DNA of 63,581 nucleotides, filler included, from Craspedostauros australis (Eukaryota), in the NCBI GenBank assembly GCA_030167865.1. It is 8 parts of 8 records of this genome, joined end to end, with 100 filler letters (N's around TTAATTAATTAA, not from the genome) between each part and the next. Parts side by side here need not be neighbours in the genome. Positions count along the whole stretch, not along the records: positions 55,695 to 59,425 come from JALAGF010005427.1; positions 59,526 to 61,879 come from JALAGF010005429.1; positions 61,980 to 63,581 come from JALAGF010005439.1; 5 more parts are not named here. The stretch is one strand, 5' to 3'. The position numbers and the translations under genes were made by a program. Numbering within the stretch: position 1 is the first letter of the stretch; every line of letters begins with the position of its first letter. Below, one piece after another: positions 55,695 to 63,581 of this stretch. The notes below the pieces were generated by a model. It made no database searches. It saw nothing but the letters and a program-made list of their open reading frames with translations, and had not been told where the DNA came from.

Positions 55695-58600
55695 GGACCT
55701 GCTATATGCGCCATCATCAACAAGCATCTGAAGGCTGCAGGAGTCGAAGGCGAAGTTGGGGGAAGAGTCAGGGCGGACAGAATGATCAGTCAGGAATGGC
55801 AAGATGCTCATAAAGCTATGGGGAGGAGTTTCAAGGTGCAACCTTGGCAAGCTCTCAGGCTTGAAGCTGACAGCCGCTTCCATGTGAGAATCGNNNAAAT
55901 CCTCTGTGAGATGTTCAATGACATCTCCAAGATTGGGCCAGGAGAACTCTGCAACAGATTCATCCCCCATCCAATGGCAATGACGTTGGGCCCATATGGA
56001 GTGGCAGCCATGAAGAAGATGCTACGGAAACACAAAGTGGTACTGGGAAGGATGGTGGAAGTGCGAATCAGAGGGGTCGAAGACCTTGATGAGCTGGACA
56101 CAACGGATCCAAGGAACCACTGAGATCGAACCTTGCCAATCAGGTGCATCTGATCACAAAGAGGCCGGTGTTTATCCATGTTGACAAGCAGGAGGTGCAC
56201 TGGAATGGCGAGACCGACATTGCCTACACATACATGCTCCCAGAGCATCTGGTGAGGGCAGAGGCAATCGTAAACACCCTGGCAGTGAGGTGCATGTGGG
56301 AAGTGGGAGCCACCAGCGCGAACTGGTTCACTCTGACTGAGCTAGCCAAGGTGCATCAGGTGCAGTATGACAAGGAGACTGGGAAGTACGTGGTGGTCCA
56401 GATCGAATCGATGTTGATGGTGGCAGACAAATTTCCGGATGTCGACATCAAAGGACTTGAAGTGGTGGAAGGATTGTCATGTTGACTGCTGACGCTTGAC
56501 GACAAAAGTGCATACTCGTTCACGACGCACACCAGTCAAAAAGGGACGGCGCTCGGCAAGCCTATCAAGTTGGTCATGAAGCGATGCATGGTGGAGGCTC
56601 CTGCGAGCATCTTACCAGGCCGTGGCGACAAGTGCAGGTATGATGCAAATCTTCCAGGCGGTAGGAAGCAAGTGGTCAATGGTGGTTCCACAGTCATGGT
56701 GGGCAAGTGTGGCCAAATAAGCATCTGCAGCACAGCTGGAAGTGCGAATGGTGGAGGATCTGATACAACCAAGGAGGCAGGGTGATCGCCCGATAATGGA
56801 AGCCATTGCGGAGCTGTGCAACAGGGAGGAAATGCGACAAGTGAATCTGTGTCGAAGGTCAATGAAGTTGTTCTGGATGTCTGGGATCGTTACGGCGGAC
56901 GGAACAGGCATTCTGAAGGTGGTCCTTGAAGATGATGGAGCGATGGTGGAAGCCAGTGAAGTGAACGTGCCTACNNNNNNNNNNNNNNNNNNNNNNNNNN
57001 NNNNNNNNNNNNNNNNNNNNNNNNGGGCAACATGGAGGTCCAAGCTCAAGGAGATGCTGGGTCGGAATAGCGTGCTTCAGGATCGTTTACGGCTGGGCAA
57101 GTGGAGCAGGGCAGGCAGTGTGGCCTCCATGAGGTAGAATAAGCAAACTGGGAAGCTTCAGGTCCATGGCGATGGATGGATGGATGGAATGGAGGGAGGT
57201 TCCAATGAAGTCAAGAAGGAAGCTGTTTTGGCAAGTGCCAGGAGTGGTGGGAAATGGAGAAGGGTCCCTGTGGATGGCTACAAGCAAGGAGATGGCATAC
57301 GGATGCTGACAGTTGGTGAATGGGATGATGCCGTGGTGGCAGATACCCAGGGGACGGAGAGTGTCTGGGAGGATCTTGGCGAAGCCGAGTTGTGGGCTGT
57401 GAAACACATCAGATGCGAGGTCGACTGGAGAGATATGGCCCAGCGTATACGAGAAGAGACAGCGGTTGGCAGAAGTGACAGGTCTGCCAGAAATGGCAAG
57501 GGAATGGCGGCATGGGTGATGGCCACTGATGAGACTCTGGAGGTGATGGTGTTTGGAACCTTTGAGGCTCCATGGAGGGAGGACCTGACATCGTCCCAGC
57601 GAGCGGAGTTGGCGGGAATTTACGGCGCGCCAATGAAGGTTTGGGAAATGAAGGAGAGGTTTGGAATACAAGACGGACGGGGGCGCTGAAGCTGTGACAA
57701 CCTGTAAGCCCTGAAGGTGCTGGAGTGGGTACATGAACCGAATCTGGCGAGTCCTGGTCACGACATGATGGTGGCTGCCATGAGGGTCCGAAGCCAGCTG
57801 AATACAACGTTTGTGGGATGACATGTGCATGGGCATCAGGACGAGCACAAGAAGCCTGACGAACTTGATGTGTGGGAGCATATGAATGTCATTACGGACC
57901 GGATCGCAGTACAGCGATGACGAATGCTCGAAGAGGGTGATGCGTAAAGCTCTCACCAGAACACAGGGACGTGATCGTGGCACATTGCAAGACAAGGCGT
58001 TCGCAGGTCGAGCATCATGTATGCCAGTGTTGTTGGAGATGTGGTGGAGGCGGACATAGCGAGGGTCAGGGTGGAGCGAAGCATGAAGGTGATCGGTGGT
58101 GATGCCAACAAAAGCGTGCAACAACGGGTGGCAGGCAAGCTCACCAATACACAGAGGGTGCTCACCATGGAGCTCACAATACAGGAGGTGGCTGTGGGAA
58201 TGCAGATGGTTTGGTAGAAGGCAAGGATGAGTGACAGCTGCCCCAGGTGCGGCAAGATGGAAACTCATGGCCACTTCTGGGTCTGCTACTCACTGGAATC
58301 GATGGCGTTTTGGAAAGTGCAGCGGAAACGGCTGAGGATCACGATGTGGAAGATGCCAACTCATCCTGCCATTGCGATAATACAGTTGAGCAATGTCAAG
58401 CAAGTGTTGAGAGGGCTGGGACCTGTTGGACGCATATGCGCAAACTGGGCTGAGGCAAAGCTGATGGACAATCAACAGGAGGCAGGATGGGATTGGCTGG
58501 TCACGGGCGTGATCGTGGGGTCATGGACCGAGTTACAGGAGCAGTACTATGCGCAAATTGGTCGCAGGCTGTCCACAGCAAGGTGGGCGGCATGGATCGT

Positions 58601-58920
58601 GCGCAAGCTCTGGAAGTTGGCATGGGAGCATTGGCACCAACGCAATCAGGCGATGCATCGCACTGATGAGGGGCCAGAGGCTCACATGAGGCAGGTGGTG
58701 CGAGACTACAGCTCAACCCTGCAAGACGCAGCGCAACTACGAGGGGCAAGCATGGCTATGTGGGCCTGACTACAGCTGTCAGGCAAAGGAGCCACAGCTA
58801 TGGGAACGGTCGCAATATGGTTTGGACAAGTGCACCGAGTGCTGCAGATACCAGGCAATAAAGTTCCTGTTGAAGTCTGAACTTGGCTCCGCCGATGGCG
58901 GTAGCTGGCCATCGTGAACG
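55695..58920 (+). mobile_element. Degenerate non-LTR retrotransposon (RNase H-bearing LINE, Ambal-like): ORF1 remnant plus ORF2 C-terminal half
   Basis: ORF1-like PVFIHVD..EAIV..L..G..NWFT..YDKETG (56144-56485); post-RT PRRQGDRPIM..VNLCR..SGIVTADG; RNase H SDRS, SSQRAELAGI, CDN, VHGHQD; CCHC CPRCGKMETHGHFWVC; QQEAGW..W..Q..YY..LWKLAWEHWHQRN. Many stops and frameshifts. Confidence 0.8.
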
Positions 58921-59765
58921 AGGCTGTCCCTGGATTTCCCTGTGTGAGTACACAAATACATACACCTTACATATTACCAGAGAGCCACGAATAGTGGAGA
59001 GCAGGATAGGTGGAGGCTGTTGTGATCCCCTGAGCGTGCATACATATTGACTTGATAGCCATTCTGCCTCGTGCCCTACACGAGATAAAAGCGGGTGGCA
59101 TAAAAAAGTTTACAGCGCAGGCTGGGCACACACTAATCAGCTTAATCCATGAGCTATATGTATAGTGCAATGGAGCACAGTGACTTATCCTTTGGTATGT
59201 AAAATATATTTTATTGAAGACATAGGTTTGTTTGTAAATACAAAGTCCTGCTGAACCTGCTTTGCTCCCATGGACATGGGACGCCAAGGCCATCTACTGA
59301 GCCGTTGGCATGGTGTGGAAAGAGGCTGGTGGCGGCAGCGTTTTTACTTGTTGTTTCTGGTGTTGTGATGTGAGTGCTTGCAGGTTCACTGACACTGAAA
59401 CAAGAAGTTGAGAGGAGAGCAGATGNNNNNNNNNNNNNNNNNNNNNNNNNNNNNNNNNNNNNNNNNNNNTTAATTAATTAANNNNNNNNNNNNNNNNNNN
59501 NNNNNNNNNNNNNNNNNNNNNNNNNCAACAGCAACAAAAACAAACACAGGGGCGGCATCGACGCTCATGATCCCAATTGGATCACACCATCATCATCATC
59601 ATCATCATCTGTAGCACCACATTCCAAGAGTGAAAGCTCTGTCTTGCTTGCTATCAACTATTCCTTATCACACAAGCAACTGCTTCCATCCGAGTACTGC
59701 AAGCAACAGCAAACATCAACCATCACAATTGATACGAATACAACAACCCTCATTGCCCTCTGCCC

Positions 59766-61879
59766 ATGGTTCATGTCGGGGATTTGATCGCTTTGACCAC
59801 TGCTGTCACAGTGAATCGAAAGCTGCTACCCAAAGGCCAGTACTATGTCCAAAGCTTGAAGACGAAGAGAGCTGATGGCAGCATTGTCGATCGAAACGAC
59901 GGCCAGTCTCCTGCATCCGGAGATGAGCTGATGCTTCAAGTATCGCCAATGATTGGGAGGAAGCACGTATACCTCGTCCCAGAGTCGGTGTGTGCTCCCC
60001 ATTTTCTTGCCACCAAGGCCAGGAGACGTCCCAACATCAATGTTGAAAGACCATCTCTCCTATCACCGCAACACAACTCGCTCATTGCGATTGCAGCAGC
60101 AAAGAAGACATCCAGCACACCCACATGCAAGAGAACACTGGACGCGCAACAAGCCAAGGTTGAGCGCCTCATCCAACGTGCGACAGAGGACAAGGATGCG
60201 GTACTTGCAGAGCTTGAACAAGGAATGAAGAAAGGTCAAGCTTCTTTGGGATGGCTGCGGTCGGATGCGGACACACACAGACCTCTGGGAGACTGTCGGA
60301 AGAAGCAGTTGACGTTGAAGGACAGGACCAACTATATGGTGCTCTGTATCAATTTAGACTCGTCCCAGCGCGCAAGGAAGCTCATCGCACATGCATGGGA
60401 TGTGGATCCGAGCACACTGTATCGCCATTTGAAGAAGTTCCAATCAAGTGGATTGGTGGAGCGAAAGAAACGGAAGGACCATGGTGCCAATATCATCGTC
60501 AACGCAACGATGCAGCGTCGAAACTTCACTCCTCTAGCTGCCTTTGAGAAAACATTTCGGTCTGACCATGCTGGACACTTGATTTCAAAGAAGGATATTG
60601 TCGCCGCATTCGCAGACGCGTCGCCAGTGGAGAAGAAGTTGGCCGCAGCACAAGCAAGTGAATGGATCCACCGCGGAGTCACATTGGAAACCGAGCTGCA
60701 GCAGGTATTACAGCGATGCAATGGTACCCTCTCATGGGAGGATGTGGCCAATGAGCTTGCAGGCAGTGGCAACCCGCAAATTGTCAGTGCGGAGACCATT
60801 CGGCGTCATGTCATGTCTTTGAAAGGAAGCAAATACAAGCAGACCAAGATCTTGCCGCTCCTCACAAAAGCAACAAAGATACAACGTGTGACTTGGGCAA
60901 AGGAGTTTTGTGTATTCTGGGCATCGGCCAAACAATTCAACAATACCCAAGTGGTGATAGCCCACATGGACGAGAAGTGGTTTTGGGTGATTGTATCTCG
61001 CAACAACATCAAAGAAGTTCTTGAGTACGGTGTCCTCCCAATTGTCCATCACACCCACCATAAGAATCATCTAGGCAAGACCATGGTAATTGCAACAACT
61101 GCATTTGCACCAATCAACAACTCATTCGAACTTGGGGGCAAGGCCTATCGTGTCACCTTTGAACGTGTGGGGCGCATGAAAGAGGCTCTTGTGAGCACTT
61201 ACAAACAAGTGATCGACAAGAATGGGAAACGTCGCCATCCTCACGTCCCAGAGAACATTTTGCGAGTGAAGGGCCAATTCTACTTCGAGGCCATGGAGAT
61301 TACTGGGAGCAAGAAGGAGTACAAGAAGAAGCCAAAATACGACCTTGTGAGTTTCTTCCGCAACCATGAAATCCCCAACCTCGAAAGGCTCTGCATGAAG
61401 ATTGGTTTGGAAACGGGAAAGAGAGTTGTTGTGCGTTATCAAATGGATGGAGCCGGTCCCCACCAAGATACATTGCTGCTGGCATTCCTTACAAAGCAAT
61501 TCGATCAACGGGGATGGCATTATCGCATCCAACCGCCAAATTCTCCCATCACAAATGTGAAAGACGAAAGCATATTTCCTGCATTATCAAGACATGTCTC
61601 GTCGTCCCAAGGTAAGAACAACGGAAGCCAAATTTTGACAACTGATGCACTGTGGAAGGCCTGCCAACAGTGTTGGGAAAATTTGGAGATGGACAAGGTC
61701 GCTCGCGCGTACATCCATCACCATCAAGTGGCGTACGCCATCTTGGAGGCAAAAGGAGGAGATGAATTCGTCACAAAGAGCAGGGGACTACGTATGGGTG
61801 TGCGACAATTGTGCGTTGCATCGAAAGATGAGGATGGAAAAGTGGTTGGCACACGAGTGAAAACGCACGACGAGACTGC
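59766..61879 (+). CDS. Tc1/mariner-superfamily transposase, DD38D (3' end cut by contig end)
   Basis: More than 700 stop-free codons. HTH-like AHAWDVDPSTLYRH and WEDVANEL..VSAETIRRH; HMDEKWF (D at 60969), YQMDGAGPH (D at 61446), QPPNSPITNVKD (D at 61563). Confidence 0.88.
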
Positions 61880-61979
61880 NNNNNNNNNNNNNNNNNNNNN
61901 NNNNNNNNNNNNNNNNNNNNNNNTTAATTAATTAANNNNNNNNNNNNNNNNNNNNNNNNNNNNNNNNNNNNNNNNNNNN

Positions 61980-62620
61980 CTTGTCTTGGAATGTACCATG
62001 TGCACATCCCTGTGTTCTGGTGGAAGCTCCACTCATCACCCTCTTTGAGCATTTGCCATTGCTTTCCTGCAAGCCGCTATTGTACCTAGCATGGTTCTGC
62101 ATGGCACTCCTGGGATTCAATGCAATCATCTTGTCCTTGCATGCTGCAACTTCAGCACTCCTGCAAGATAGACCATCATTTGGATTGTGGTCATGGCTGT
62201 GTTTCCATATCGGATTTGAGGGTCCTCACCCATGACACACCATGGCCTACATTCGGTCAAGTGAATGAAGAACCACTTCTCATCTACGTTGTTAGACTTG
62301 AGAATTGGCAGTATCGTAGGAAGAACACATCCTTCAGCAATTGATCAGATCAAGAAGGAGGCATCCACTGTAAACTCTGTTGGAACTTGAATGCTATTAC
62401 AAACTTAAGAGTTGTGAGCTTACACTCTGACCTGTGTTCATGTCCATGCTGTTGCTCCTGCATTCCTGTGTTCTGCATGCATTGGATAGGATCGTTGCAT
62501 CTTTAGGTTCACCTGACTCAGGCAAGTAGCCATCTCACAGTACTGTTGTTCTTGCGTCATACTTTGTCTATGGTACTATGCTTTCATGCATCCTCAATTT
62601 CGTTTCTCGTTGAGCTATTC
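61980..62620 (-). pseudogene. Degenerate plant-type mariner transposase fragment
   Basis: Minus strand reads NVDEKWFFIHLTECRPWCVMGEDPQIRY...IQMMVYLAGV (DEKWF at 62270-62284), matching DEKWF..GExP..KVMFLAAV, interrupted by stops. Confidence 0.65.
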
Positions 62621-63581
62621 ACTTGTAACACACACCAATTTCATTGTTCGAGTTGGCTCAGGATATGATTGAAACACACAACTACGCTAGAACACGAGGG
62701 AGAGAGCTGTGCGGAATAAAGCACAATGCAGATATACATGGACAACATCATCCAAACTCTGAAACAACCCAACATCTTCGATGTGATTGATACAGAATTG
62801 TACACAATCTGCCTTGTGCTTCTCTGTGAGTCCAATTATGCTTCCAATACAATGCGTTGTTGCAATTTGCAAGTGGAATAGCATAGTTGGCGGCACACCA
62901 AAGGCAGCAGCAGCTGTACAAAGGAGTTGCAGCATTGTTGCCATTAAGGTGCCATTGGCTCTCTTTCAGGTCCTCTTGGCCCCACTTCTGGGATCAACCA
63001 CAAGCATCAGCATGAGGCAGCAACCTCCAAGACAATTGGAAGTAGGGCCACCGCTTTTCTCACATCCATCATCATGATCTGGACTGTGGTGCAATGGACA
63101 TTTTATCGCGCTGCCAGAAGATTGAGTACCCTGTCCTTGCAACAACCATCAACTTGCGGCAGCAAGACCGTCACCATGATCTGAATCCTTTTGTCTGCAC
63201 AGAAGTCTTTCCTCTTCTTGTGTACCATCGATTCCAATCTCTAGATGAGACTTGTAACAAGAAGTACACAAAAAGCTCTTGTCTGAAGCTGCACAGTGAG
63301 GAATTGGTAAGGTGAATCATGAAGACTGTTGATGACAACAAGTTGGAACAAAACAAGCAAGTTNNNNNNNNNNNNNCACAGCATTCACTAATTTGATGCA
63401 TACAAGAGCGGTGAATGAACGCAAGTAGAATGCGGCAAGCCCTGTAACATCGAGCACCTTGATAGTGGCGGTAGGTAGTCATGTAGTCTAATTCAGAATG
63501 GAGTATTATGCTGTATTGCGATCATAATGTGCAGCAGGGCAGTCTCAAAATGACGACTCGTAGATCGCGACAAGCAAGCCT

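Noticed and set aside
19754..61935. Recurrent TTAATTAATTAA palindrome
   Set aside because: Artificial linker, always between N runs.
59766..62620. Two convergent mariner transposases as a composite element
   Set aside because: They lie on different contigs separated by the spacer.

Overview
Eukaryotic, very probably diatom, draft-genome sequence. It consists of 8 unlinked contigs joined by artificial N-TTAATTAATTAA-N spacers (1-19709, 19810-30334, 30435-51375, 51476-53347, 53448-55594, 55695-59425, 59526-61879, 61980-63581), so adjacency across spacers means nothing. Host genes: a frameshifted ankyrin-coiled-coil-BTB gene, a 1265-aa STAND/AAA_16 ATPase-helical-repeat protein, a 2-exon probable plastid protein, a 4-exon membrane class III nucleotide cyclase, a BT1 folate-biopterin transporter, a METTL21-like and a SMYD-like lysine methyltransferase, a plastid-type PPR protein, and a large type I membrane protein with about 60 DGSGGxGxGGNST repeats. 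About half of the window is transposon-derived: a full-length decayed diatom-type Ty1/copia element with a nested solo LTR, three partial copia elements, three copies of one invading LTR family, an internally deleted RNase-H-bearing LINE, a MITE with palindromic internal repeats, and two Tc1/mariner transposases. Most unusual: (i) a copia-derived element whose gag N-terminus, protease tail, RNase H tail and about 640 aa of unknown sequence are fused into one stop-free frame of more than 1800 codons with no RT or integrase; (ii) a primer-binding site that reads as the D-arm plus anticodon arm of a non-Met tRNA; (iii) a DD38D mariner transposase with extra HMG-like and beta-barrel-like segments; (iv) the glyco-repeat surface protein, which the ORF track truncates. 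All family assignments come from motif recognition by eye; no searches were run.
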